A stretch of 57,251 nucleotides of DNA, filler included, from Sphacelaria rigidula (Eukaryota): the NCBI GenBank assembly GCA_964200075.2. It is 7 parts of 7 records of this genome, joined end to end, with 100 filler letters (N's around TTAATTAATTAA, not from the genome) between each part and the next. Parts side by side here need not be neighbours in the genome. Positions count along the whole stretch, not along the records: positions 1 to 8,094 come from CAXNAA020012324.1; positions 8,195 to 16,288 come from CAXNAA020012325.1; 5 more parts are not named here. One strand, written 5' to 3'. A program made the translations under genes and the position numbers. Every line of letters begins with the position of its first letter. Position 1 is the stretch's first letter. The notes beneath the pieces were generated by a model, which was given only the letters and a program-made list of their open reading frames with translations, did not search any database and was not told the DNA's origin. Positions 1 through 12,059 of this stretch are shown piece by piece.

Positions 1-1035
1 AGTGTGGGGAAAGCACTGTTTTAGGCTTGAACCTCATCTGGAAGTTAAATCTCAATTCGCACAATTTGTTGTTAGGTGTAGAATTTGAACGTTCGACCCA
101 ACCCCTTCCTTGTCTGCGGATATTTATCCCCCATCTGTGCATCGCTTGTTTTAGTGCCAAGAGTCGCGCTCGTCCTCCTGCACCCGGTGCCATCACCACG
201 CCACCATCGATAGTGTGGATTAGATGGCTCAAGTATGGACACACTCTGGACTTGAGAAAAAAAGCCACAGAGCAAGCTGGCGTTCAAGAAGAGAGAGCAG
301 TACCCGCAATGGCAACACGCTCCAACAGCCGTTATAGACATGATCATGAGTCGCACGAACGAAATAAAATATCATATTTTCGACCTTGCAGCAGCGAAGC
401 GAACGAATTAGAAAACCAAACCTAACCCTAACCACAACAAGGGCATACCGAGAATCCTCGGGCATGGCGGGTGCAACGTGTTCCCTAAGCGAAGTGTGCG
501 TTGCCAGACCTCAAATCGGTGCCCCAGGCCCCGACTCAGACAAAAATACGTTGTGGGCATGCTACGAGCACAGCTCCCATGAAAAGATCCGGATTTCCGT
601 GTTCACACTCAAATCAAGATGAACCAACATACGCTCCAGAATGGTCAACTATACTGCGTCAAGACGACACAAAAGACAGCATGAAGTCGTCGGCCCCTTT
701 TTGCTGAAGTCACATGGCACCGAAGCCTCAATCATGTCTTTCAGTGCACCAACCCGTCCTAAGACACGCGTGCGTTGTATCGCGGCAGTGGTGGGTGACG
801 GCCGACGGTTTGTTTTCATTCCCTCTTGGAACAAGATATCTTCGGAGTCCGACAAAAATCATGCATATTCATGAAATGAAAAGGCTTACCCACGGAACAA
901 CAACTACAATTGCACAGGGCGAGTCATTCATCCGCTAAAATTGTAGAACGATGGGATCCGATAAATCAAACTCCTCAAAACATGACGAGGAAATCGACCA
1001 AGATCCGCCCAGCCTACATGACACACCCGGTGCAA

Positions 1036-3738
1036 CACACGTGGACAGATAGCACCCTGTGGAGGGGGTCTACAGGGTTTACGTACGTACCCTGCGCAGT
1101 GTTTCTGGCGAGAATTTTACTGTACAGTGTTTTCCAGCGTAGCAAAGGACGCTCCACAGGGTTTCCCTACAGTGGTCATGAATAGTGTGCATCACAGGGT
1201 TGCTCTACACAGGGTTTCTCTACAGTGGTCATGAATAGTGAGCATCACAGGGTTCCATCGCCCCGTGAAGAGTTCATCGCTGTTAGCAATGCTGTGCAGT
1301 GTGTTTAGGCACAAACACTATCCTCCACAACATGCAGCTGCGGGCGCAAGGTACTGGCGGAAAAAAAAACTGATTAGGTTGAACGGGAGTCGAACCCTCG
1401 ACTTCACAAGTACGTTGCCGACCGGTTACACACGGAGCTACGCGTGGTAGACATTACGCGTTTGGATTTTTGGAATTGTGAACTTTGGGACCCTCGAAGG
1501 TCCGTGTCAAAAACATTGAAACCCCCCAAATTGTTTTTAGAGGCACAAGTGTAATAATAATGGAATCTGGAATTTCGACACCCGCTGCTGTTCGGAATAA
1601 ATCCTAATTACACACTCGGAATAGAGCAAAAAAGATTCATTCGAAATAAATCCTAATTCCAAACTTGGAATAAAGGGGGAAAATGATTCATTCCGAAGAG
1701 CTTCAGCTGTACAGATAATCCCATATACAATGTATATAGCAGATGGAATTTGTACACCGCGAAGAATACCTGAAATTGGGTGGAGAAAGAACTTATTGCT
1801 CGCCAGCAGCTACAGCTGTTCAAATCCCAAATACTGCACGCAAGCTTTTGTTACAGCTGTATCGTCACGAGCAATTGACTTCGCTGATAGATCCACATCC
1901 CTGATGAAAACCCCGTAGTCCTGCGTCGACGAAACTCAAACAATAATTTACAGGAGATAATGAAGCATCTCATCGCGCGGTCGATATACTGCGTATACTG
2001 GAGATACATATTCACAACAATAAACTGGACTGGACTGTACAATACCATTGCGTGCGGTACAGTGCGCTATACCGCCGCGTGCTTATACGTGCGGCACCAT
2101 GTACTGCAGATAGCTGGCTATGAATACAATGTAGATGCCTGCATGCAGGTTGTTTTGATATATGGGGCGGGTGTTATATACCGTCACGAACTCCAGTTAT
2201 CACGCGCCCGTTCCAACACAGCATATTTGCGCGCACATGCATCAGCTGCATGCTGCTGCAGCACAGTAAGTAGGGCGTGAGAGGGAAGGGGAAAAGTACA
2301 GTACAGACAGCGCAGGACAATGTACGTATGTTCTCTACCTACAGCGCGACGTGAAAAGGACTTGAACAACGCGTGCAGCATATCATACGCGGCCTGTATG
2401 CTGTACTATATATGTTATATCGCGGTGCGTCCGCAGCATGCATATGGTGAGTGCTACGCATAATATAGGCGGACGGTTGATATTGGTCCTCGCACCCGCC
2501 TATATATACGCACCCGCCCGCGTATGTCGTCGCCGCGCGCGATGTCGCGATCGCCATGAAAGAATGTGCTCAAGTTTCCACCAACGAGAAATACATCATA
2601 TCCACCCGAACGGCAGTGTGTATATGTGTCTATATATATATATATATATATCCCTGTACCCAACCCGTGCTCTTTGCTGCGGGGTTGTGGTGGTATAGCT
2701 GCATGGCGGTGATGAATATACGGAGTGATGGTCCACATATACTAATCATATACGATTAATTAAGTGATATTTTCTTAACATGGTTCGTGGTGGTAGAGGA
2801 CGGAAGACGGGGTATTGTGAAAAATGTAGATACATTCACGAGGTATACCCGATCACCAGGCGTCCTCCCACCTTCCCAAAAGCTTCAGACGAAGCACAGG
2901 TGAGGACATACACACGTATCCAGAGTGTGGGATCTCTATTCAGCGAAAGCGGTTGAGAGCTATTCATCCTTTAGCCCATGTACACATGGACTGGGGGGCA
3001 AAACGATGAATACCTTTCAGCAAGTTCTTTTGCGTGTCGGATCCCATGCGCCGGTGACGATGCAGTATGCGGGATTTGCGCAGCAGCTGACGCTGCTCGA
3101 AATAAAAATTTACTTTTCCCCGATCTCTGGATGGAATTGGAGGGAAAAGTAAATGTGTACTTCGAGCTTGTCCTGCTGTTCAAAATCCGACTCTGCCGGC
3201 GTGCATGGGATTTGCGCAGCAGAAGAAGCTGTTCGAAATAGATCCTTTTTTTGCTCATCTCAAAAATGGGCGAAAAAAGGATCGACCTTGAACAGCTTCT
3301 TCTGCTCTTCTGAATAAATCCTTTTTTTTTGCCGAAATAAATTGGGCGAGAAGAGGATCTGTTTTGGATCTAGCTTGTCCTGCTGTCCAAAATAAATTCC
3401 TTTTCGCTCGATTCAAATCGGGTGAAGAGGAATTTACCTCGGACAGAAGGACAAGGTATTGAAGATGTATAAATTTACAGATGTTGTACCGAAATATTTG
3501 GAATTTTCGAAGAAGAAACTTGAGGTTTTTCACCAAAACACTACCACATGACTGTGCAGGGCTTTGCCGACGCGCCTACACTGGGCTGCAAAGCCAACCC
3601 TGGGGAAAACCCTATCAAAACGCTGCGATGGATACAGACTTTGCATTTCACTGTAAGGCTTTTTTTCACAAAGACTGTGGAGGACCCTGTACGAACCCTG
3701 CACAGTGCGCCCCACAGGGTGCTATCTGTCCACGTGTG
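1036..3738. mobile_element. Non-autonomous CAC...GTG DNA transposon (CMC/EnSpm-like), complete copy
   Basis: Perfect 27-bp TIR CACACGTGGACAGATAGCACCCTGTGG at 1036-1062 and 3712-3738. AA flanks both ends (2-bp TSD). ACAGGG/CCCTGT subterminal repeats at both ends. A diverged second copy lies at 41028-43140. No transposase ORF inside. Confidence 0.85.
1361..1448 (-). ncRNA. tRNA-like Pol III unit (SINE-like or pseudo-tRNA) inside the CAC element
   Basis: Minus strand reads an A-box-like TAGCTCCGTGTG, then B box GGGTTCGACTCCC, then a T9 run. The cloverleaf is incomplete. Confidence 0.5.
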
Positions 3739-4545
3739 AAGGGCCGTCCTCATTGAAGTTCATCAGTACATATGGTTCTGTCGCATATTGAACATATGAG
3801 TTTGCCCCAGTTTTCAATCCGCGTTCCACAAAATACATGGTCCAGCGTTCCGGTTTCAGGTACTGTACCGGTGTTGTGCTACAAATGTTCATGGTTGATA
3901 TTACTGGGTTTGGGTTTGAGTGTGTACAACGAGAATCGGAATTCAAGTAGGGCTGACAATCCCGTGGGCTCCTCGTGTGAGCAGAACGTGTTATCGTTGA
4001 AATCGGCGCCACAGGCGTAGATTTGGGGTCTACCAAGGTCTTACTTTGTTTAGAGAATGTATGTACCGCCCTTGCACGAGGGTTCTCGGTGTGCGTTGGG
4101 TTAGGTCAACCCAACTAGCCTCCTGACATTCCAGCGTATCGCAAGCGCGGACGAAACGCGACGCAGTGGCATGCAATATATGAGGAACACCAAGAGAAGT
4201 AACGGTAGGGTTCTCTGTATGAATTTTTGATTCATGTCGTTCTCTTCCGATGACGTAAGGCGTATTTTACCCGACGGGCGTAGATAAGCCCCAAAAGTCG
4301 ATATGTTCGTGTCTTTTCGTGGTTTTGCCCATTTTGGGGGATCAGGCGCGCCCATACCTGTTCTGTATTTTTTTCCAATCTTGTCTTTCGGCACAAGACT
4401 GGTTAACGTACTGCTCACTGCTGGCGCACTGTATGGTACTGTACCTGCAGTCACTCTTGGCAGAGGATAGGAGTAGGGGGTACCTTGGCGTGCACGCCTG
4501 CATGACATCGCCTCCGTTGATTCACGGTGGTGAGGTTCCGTCGCG

Positions 4546-5810
4546 ATGAATCTATCCCACGACGCTTTGCGCGATCTGGCGGCTCTTGCGGAGTTGAACT
4601 CTGATGGTGGGATCCTTGACCGACATTTCTTGCTGCTCAAGGATCATCCCATCAAGGGCCACCTTGTTGGTGCCTCGAACTTAGAGGGGATATGCATGTC
4701 GTTGCAGCTGAAGAAGATTGGTGGTTCATCGGACGAAGAACACGCTAAAGACGTGGAGGGGAAGGTCACCGAGGTACTCAACAAAATGGATTGCGTGGAA
4801 GTGCTGGGAGGTTCTGCAACTCCCTCCGGACCGCCGACCCTTCCGCCTGCCTCTAGCAGCAAGGAGGGGCGTCCTGCCGCCAAGTCAGGAGAAGATGGGA
4901 AAAGTGATGAAGTTATTTAGAGGGAGGGGACAGGGGCTGGTGATGGGAGTGGAGAAGAAATGGGTGGAGCAGGGAGCGCGGAGAAAACGCAAGGAGGACG
5001 GGACAAGGGCCAGGGTAGCGGGGACGGGGACAATAAGGACGAGGACAGTGAGGACGAGGACAGTGAGGGCGAGGACTGTGAGGGCTAGGACAGTGAGGGC
5101 GAGGACAGTGAGGACGAGAACGACGACAGCGAAGAGGAAAACGAAGATAACTGGAAACAATGTAGCGGAAAACGGTATTTTGTTTGTGTTGTTTCTTCAA
5201 GAGTCGTTTGCTTCAGCGCTTATGGGTGGTTAACTGAGCAGGTCAGTAGATAAACCACTGCAAGTGTTTCGTTTCGTGCGGACCTGACACGAAGTTTCGG
5301 GGCTTAGAGTATGACTTACAGCATAGCTGTCTGGTCGTGAATCCCCACAAGGAATGCATTCCCGTTTCATGTTTGTTTGCGCCAACGCTCCACCTTGTAC
5401 GGTATTCAGGTGTCTCTGACAAGGGGAAAGACCCGCTGACTCCGCTGGACGATGAAGACGACATGTCACCGGACGATGCGCCCGTCGGGATGGTGGTCCC
5501 TATAGACCTCGGACGGGTTTCGCCTTCAACAGTCGAGACCACCTGCTCTAGATAGTTCTTCAGTGAAACGTGAAGTGTTGTTTAGATTGACCATGGGGTG
5601 ATTTGGTGGCCTGTCCACTCGCAAGAGTCAGGAGCGCACCAAAGAATATACGGCTATCGTGTGCGTCTTGAAGAAGATCAGAGCGTGCGTAGCATGAAGC
5701 TACCGTTAGCTGTATACAGCATGGAGGCAAGCGCGCCGGTGGGTTCGTGGGTCTTACTAGAGCCTAATAACAAGCAGCAGAGGGGAGCTACGATCAGAAG
5801 GGGCGGGTAG
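4546..5810 (+). pseudogene. Decayed protein-coding region, probably TE-derived; unknown family
   Basis: ORF 4546-4920 continues in frame past TAG stops at 4918 and 5086 into an acidic EDSED repeat. A further frameshifted segment reads ...FRLTMG*FGGLSTRKSQERT/IYGYRVRLEEDQSVRSMKLPLAVYSMEASAPVGSWVLLEP. Confidence 0.5.
5041..5115 (+). repeat. 15-bp tandem repeat x5 (GAGGACAGTGAGGRC) encoding an acidic tract
   Basis: Units start at 5041, 5056, 5071, 5086 and 5101. Confidence 0.9.
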
Positions 5811-6149
5811 AACTGCCAGCGCGGAGATCCAGAAACAGGCTCGAAGAAAACGGGAGTCAGTAGCAGAGGGGGAGTATTAACGCCCAACGCGCGTGTTGTA
5901 GACCATGTCGATTGAGTGGCTCTTCGGGCTACAGTAGTAAAACTGTGCCACAGCAGTTTTGTAGTCGTCGGAGGTGGGCAACATGAACTTCCAACCCCGG
6001 CAGTCCTCGAGAGCTTCGTCATATAATGAAAATCTGGTGAAACACAGTATGCGTGATGGATGCAATGTGCCAAACATGATTTTTGACAAGCGCTCAGGGA
6101 AAACAAATGCCGTATTGGATGCCTGTACAAAATAAGAATTCAAAGTTAA

Positions 6150-6445
6150 CAGGGGTCTACACGTTACACGTACCACAGCATTACACGTTACGTTCACGTT
6201 AGGTTTTGGCCGAAACGAAAAGTGAACGTTAATTTTTTTTTACGTGATGAACGTAACGTGAACGTAACGTGAGCGTAACGTTAAAATTTCGAATGAAATG
6301 TTAACGTAACGTTAATGTTTTTCAACGTGACATACGTAACCTAACGTTAACGTTTAATTGCTCAAATGTTCAAATCATGTAATATGAAACGTTTCATGTA
6401 ACGTATGTAACGTTATTTGTTACGTTACACATTACATGAAACGTC
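6150..6445 (+). mobile_element. hAT-like transposon end with dense ACGT/AACGT subterminal motifs
   Basis: Starts CAGGGG, followed by many CGTAAC/GTTACG/AACGTT motifs in both orientations. The partner end was not found. Confidence 0.5.
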
Positions 6446-7389
6446 TTGAACTCGTCACATGCAGTGGTGAAACTTCGAGTTTACAATGTATTGCAAAATC
6501 CTAGAAGATGGTGCTTCAATAAACACGAGTGAGTCTGAATGACCATGGTGTACGTATGGTACTATTGCAGAAACTTCGCGCTCTCCCCACCACACGACAC
6601 AATTATAACATCATAATCATCATAATCATCTCGACCACTTTCAAGGCTACTTTATATGTATAAAGTAACACGCCGTCGGAAAAGCCGTTTCTCAACAGCG
6701 CGAGTTTTCACATGATTTTTCAAAGTAGCTGTTCTTACGTAATCGACGCGCTCTCAGAATTGGAAACGCAGTCTCATCGTTTTCTATGAGGTGTGCAGGC
6801 ATATTTTCAAATTCTAGGGCGCGCGAGATAAACGCAGCACTCTGCTGTCGTGTTGTGGTGTACGGTCTATACTGACTGTCTCTACTACTGTGTGATGCAC
6901 TACCTGAGCACTACATGGTGGGCTGCGTGGCGCAAGACGATCAATACGAACACCGCCTTGCTGTACTAATAACTGACTGTAGAAGTGAAGTTGTCATTTT
7001 CATTACACTGCAGTCCTCTACTGAAAGAAAAGTGCGGACAAGATTACACACAACAGTACTGTATTTGTACTGTATGCATTGGCTGTAAACGTTTTAGTGA
7101 GATTGAGAGGAGAGCGCTGATTGGGAGTTGCTTTGTTCACTCGCTTCAACTTGGGTAATTATTCATTCCGTGTGCGCCTTTTCTCCCCTCCATCACTGAC
7201 GTGTGCTACAAGCTACACATCGATATCGTACTCAAGGGTGTCAAGGGCTCAGTGGCCAGTTACTACAGAAAGCATATTGGGCCTCGTGGAGGGGCATTTC
7301 GGAACTGAAACAGATAATTCACTAATTGACCGCTTTTCACTCTCAATCGTATCCTCTACTTTCAACGTCACGAAAAACTTGTTTGTAGT

Positions 7390-8005
7390 GATGACTTGGC
7401 TGCCATCATCACTGCTGTCGCTAGTGCACGCGGGTAGTCAGCGTTTTGCTTTATTGTCCTTCGCTCGCCAGTAGCGTGATGGCCCTTACCCCTTACCCCA
7501 TGAGAACAAAACAGGGACGGGTCCATGACGAGTGCTGTCAGACACTCTGCATGTAGGTTGCACAGTAATGTAGCTCAGTTCAGTTTTATGCATGCAGCGT
7601 GTTGCAAACAGCACTCGAATACAGTACAGGCTACCGAAGCACCCAAGCCCTGTAGACACTACAGCAGTAGCACTACTGCCTATACTGTGGTTTTGTGTGT
7701 ACGGTCAGTGCGGTTCTGTCTTTACAAGTCTTGGGTGCGTGGGCAGTCTGTACTGCATCGCGAGTGCTGTTCGCATCACGCTGCATGCACAGACCTGAAA
7801 TGCGAGCTACAATACTGGCTGTGCAAACAACACCCAGAGCAAGCACAGAGTGTTTGTACAGCACTCACTCGTCATCGACCCTGCACTGTGCTGTTCTCAT
7901 GGGGTAAAGAGCTACCGTAATACTGGCGAGCGAAGAACAGTGAAGCAACACGCTGACTACCAGCGAGCACCAGCGACGGCAGCGGTGATGGCAGCCAAGC
8001 CACCC
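7390..8005. repeat. ~615-bp imperfect palindrome (foldback)
   Basis: 7390-7660 aligns by eye with the reverse complement of ~7715-8005. Example pairs: ttcgctcgccagta / tactggcgagcgaa and gcacccaag / cttgggtgc. Confidence 0.8.
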
Positions 8006-8039
8006 ATGGCTGCTGTCGTGGGCTGGAGGGTGTGTTCAA

Positions 8040-8094
8040 CAGGGTTGCCCGAAAAATGAGAAGGTATTTTGAAATGAGAATCCACCGCTCCCCG
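8040..8094 (+). mobile_element. hAT-type terminus CAGGGTTGCC at contig end
   Basis: Near-identical to the reverse complement of 40973-41027. Confidence 0.7.
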
Positions 8095-8194
8095 NNNNNN
8101 NNNNNNNNNNNNNNNNNNNNNNNNNNNNNNNNNNNNNNTTAATTAATTAANNNNNNNNNNNNNNNNNNNNNNNNNNNNNNNNNNNNNNNNNNNN
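8095..8194. other. Artificial contig spacer (N44-TTAATTAATTAA-N44)
   Basis: The same 100-bp linker, with stops in all frames, occurs six times. Confidence 0.98.
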
Positions 8195-9586
8195 CGTGTT
8201 CAAATCAGCTAACACCACAATAGCTTCACGCAGTAAGCTATACCCACTTGATACAAAAGACTCTTGTTCACTCGTATTCGTTATCGCTCCTTTCAATGCT
8301 CTCTCAGCTGCTCTCCGGCTAAAGCAATGGCTTTACAATCGGCTCCACCCGGGCGAGTACCGCAAGAGGGCTGAATGACCCATGCCTGTACCTTTGATCA
8401 GTCTCACATCAGGCCTAGTCAAGCTCAATCAGACCCGCAACTATAGAACCTCAGATGTAATCGTAGACGCCTCCTAGCTTCATGACACTCGCCCATCCAG
8501 AGGAACCTCTATTACAGTTGCGATGAGAAATCTCGAAAAGCAACGAAAATCGAGTTTTTTCTCCACGTCAAGTCATGAGCGACAAGGAAGGCGAAATCAA
8601 TGCTATAAAAGCACTCGGCCGAAGTGGCTAAAAAAAAGAAGGTACACCCCGGACGACTAGGGCAACATCCACTCCGTTGCCCGATCCTCCCACACCTCAA
8701 ACAAGGTAAGCGAAATCTGCTACCGAAAAGCGCAAGTGCACTTGAAGACGCAGGAGCCCACAATGCTGCTGCGAGCTAGCAAACTAAACAGACGAGCACG
8801 AAATGCTTTGACGTGCTAGCCAAAACAAAAAGACAAAAGAGGAAACATACGAGGGGCACAACGTCACGTGGGTGGTACCAGAGTCAACCGCCGAAAAGTC
8901 AATCACATGCGGCGAGCGCATGGTGGCTGAGGAAGCAAGGGAATGAGCAACTCCAAGACTGCAAGAGGTTAAGTGCCAGTCATATAAAAAGCCAAAAGCG
9001 AGAATACGAAGAGCTCCGGTAGGCGAGGATGAAGGTGCTCCACGCAAGTTCCATTCGTCGTCCGTGGTTGTGCGCCAAAGGAGCTCCGGTTGTGGGCTGT
9101 GGAAGAAGTCGATGGGCGGCACCGGTGTGTCCTGGATGTTGGAAACAGAGGAAAATATCTAAACGACAGGGGAACAAAGTAAAAAAAGAAAAAAAAAATG
9201 TCGGGATTGGAAAGCAAAAGGTCTGTGGGAGCTCAAAGTGGTGCTTGAACATCATGTGTGCGATCGGTATTATGTTGGATTCCGCGGCGAGTGATGAAAC
9301 AGGTAGGGGCGCACAAATATTTCCTGAGGTTTGAATTGTCAGGAGCCCTTTATCTCATGCAAAATGCGACCTGTGAAAATATGTGAGAGTACGCCAGGAT
9401 TACTACTCTAATGTGCTTGAGATATACCGAATGAATCTGCAAACGGGGATGTCCTGACCCATATTTTTTGCATCTTGAATCTTAGAGGGATAGCTTAGTC
9501 TTCAAGACTGTCTCGTTGGCAGCTCTGTCAGCGCCTTGACGAATGGTTGACAAAGTGTTGTAAACCCAGACCCAATCGCCAACCTT

Positions 9587-10470
9587 TCAAGTAGGTCGTT
9601 TGTGCATCAGATTGTAGAGAGCATTATTAGATCTCTCAAGGCGCGAGGTGTTGATGGCGTGTTGTTCACGCACGAGAGTGAAAGCTTTGCGCTGGCGTGC
9701 ACGCGCCAGATCATGGTAGGATATCTGATCCTGATCCAAGCCTTGGTGGCCATCGAAGGTGTGTCTCTCAAACACGGTGATGGGCAAACGCGGGTAGCGG
9801 CCGAGATGGTTCTCGTTCGGAGAAAGACCGGTAGCAGCGTTGACGGAGTTGTTATAGGACAACATGACATGTGAGAGATGGAGATCCCAATCGTTTGTCA
9901 ATCGTTGCCTACCATAGACAGCATCTGGGTCATGGTGTGGTTCACTCTTTCAGTACCATCGTTACCGTTAGGGTGGTGAGCGCTTCTGGCTATTTTTCGA
10001 ATGCCCAGGAGCGTATACAGTTCGTCCGAGAGATCGGAGCAAAATTGCTGACCATTGTCGGAGAGAAGCCGTTTCGGGCAACCGTGGTGCTTGATATAGT
10101 CATGAACTAAGATATTAGCTGTGCCCGCTGCTGTGAAGTCTCAAGCGGTGACTACGTACATGGCTGCGTGACACCTGAAGCGATCGGTAAACAGTAAGAT
10201 GTAGGTGTTGCCACGGTCAGTGGGCGGTGAAGGGCCACAATAGTCGAAAGACACGAGGTGACCAGGAGCGTTGGGAAGTGCCATCGAGATAACTGGCCAA
10301 CGTATAGTCTGTCGTGAGGCTTTGCGAGCTTGACACTTGAAGCAACGCCGAATCCAGAAACGGGTGGACACTTCCATACCTATCCACCAGTAGAAACGTT
10401 CGAGTGACGCTAACGTGCGCGTGACACCAAGGCGGCACGACAGATTAGTATGCAGCCTTTCATTACCCAC
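9587..10470 (-). pseudogene. pol: Gypsy integrase (frameshifted, with stops)
   Basis: Zinc-binding remnant LGVTRT...CFKCQARK. Core motifs FDYCGP, SDNGQQF and ERVNHTM, then SYNNSV. Confidence 0.88.
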
Positions 10471-12041
10471 GGTCGTATCAAAAACGGGACATGTATCCGA
10501 GTGGGTCCATCGTCGAGTAGGTGTGCATGGCGTCCGGTGGGCGCGGGTGAAGTTACACCCTGCTGGGGCGTAGGACGGCGGACAAGCAATTCGATTCCGT
10601 CATCCGTTGTGAAGATAGTAGCTTTGCATGCGAGTTCGTACACCTCAGCGGCGTTTGGTGGTGGCAGTGTGCCAATCGGGGCCAATAAATTAGCCAGGAT
10701 AGGAGCAGGGCAGCCAGCACGGAGGTACCGCATGGTTGCGCGGCATAATGGTTCTGCTTGTTGTTCCCGAGCCCAATCGCGATGGGAGTAACTGGCGAGA
10801 AATTCGCGGAGTTGGCCTTCCGCCGGAGAGCCGACCAGACATGGTGGCTCAGGAAGCGGTGGAACAGGCGACAGGGGGGAGATGCCAACGTCGATGTAAA
10901 TATCGGAAGCATCAGAAGGGGTGGGCACTGACGGGACCGCGGCGGGCGGCGATGTCGCAGTAGTGCGCACCGGAGATTGAGGTCGGCGCTTGTTGTTAGA
11001 ACTGCGCGTGGCGGGGGTTGTCAAGGCTCGTGGTGCGGTGTTGCGGGGAGCCGGCGCTACGTTGCTCGCAGGAGCCGTAGGTGTTGTCGGTGGCGGCGGG
11101 GCGCGGGGAGGGTTAGCGCGGGCGGCAGACCGAGAACGTGTGTTGTCGGAAATGAGATGGACAGCTGGAGAGGGCGAAACTGCAATTTTGGCGCGAGGAC
11201 CGATTGTACGGAAATCGGCGAAATCGGTGTCGGTGGGTTGTAGCCCACTCAAGACTGCATCATACGGTAGGGGGCGGGGGCCGCCCATGTGCATACCCGT
11301 CTCTGGGCAATGAAGGTCAAGGGCGTAAATGGGCGTTGAGAAACGCCGGATAGGATACACACCGGGTTCATCGGGTTCAGTTAGTCGGCAAGCGGGGCTG
11401 AAATCCACAGCCGTTGGAGGGAGGGGCAAACGGGAGAGAAGGTCAGCATTCCCGTTGGTTTTTCTAGGGCGGTGTTTGACAGTATACTGATAAGCTGTCA
11501 GGTACTCCAACCAGCGTTGCACACGCGGGTTATGTTCGCCAACTTTGGCGAGTTGTTCAAGTGCTCTGTGACCCGTGTAGATTTGAAAAGGCACATGGAA
11601 CAAATATTGTCGAAAGCGCTTTATGGCCCTAGTGATGACTCCGCCTTCCAGCTTTAGTGGACTCCAGTTGGCCTCGTTTGGAAGGGTGGCGCGACTGATA
11701 TAGAGGATGGGTTGAATAGAGTCATCGCGTTGAGGCTGATTCAGGACCGCGCCGAGCCCGTCGGTGCTCGCGTTTGTGTGTAGTTGAAAGAGGCAAGTGC
11801 CGTCTTGTACGGCATCCCAGTCCGGGAAACAAAGGACCAGTTCTTCAGTGAGGGTTTTCAGCAAGTCGCGCACGACAGCTTCCATATCTTTGGTGAAGAC
11901 AAACGCGGCGCCTTTTTCCAGCAGGTTCGTAATGGGGCGAATCCGTTTGGACAGGTTAGGCAAACATTTGCGATAGTAGAACAGTCCACCCAACGATGAG
12001 CGGAGCTGAGTGATGTTCGTGGGCATCGGCAATTCAGTCAT
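10410..12041 (-). pseudogene. pol: Gypsy RT connection/RNase H plus long Pro/Thr/Ala-rich linker
   Basis: Motifs LHTNASTDGLGAVL, YTGHRAL, RVQRWLEYL and NGNADLLSRLP. The catalytic D residues are altered (TNAS, TGH). Confidence 0.88.
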
Positions 12042-12059
12042 TGCTCTGACTTTGTTGGT

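Noticed and set aside
1901..1937. CTGATGA...CGAAA hammerhead ribozyme core
   Set aside because: Stem II does not pair, and the paralogous copy near 41231 lacks the core.
4718..5233. Arg-rich and Val/Leu-rich repeat ORFs
   Set aside because: They are alternative-frame and antisense readings of the 15-bp acidic repeat.
8195..8516. Possible 3' LTR of the Gypsy element (TGTAA start on the minus strand at 8516)
   Set aside because: There is no adjacent polypurine tract and no second LTR to compare. It may be a separate insertion.
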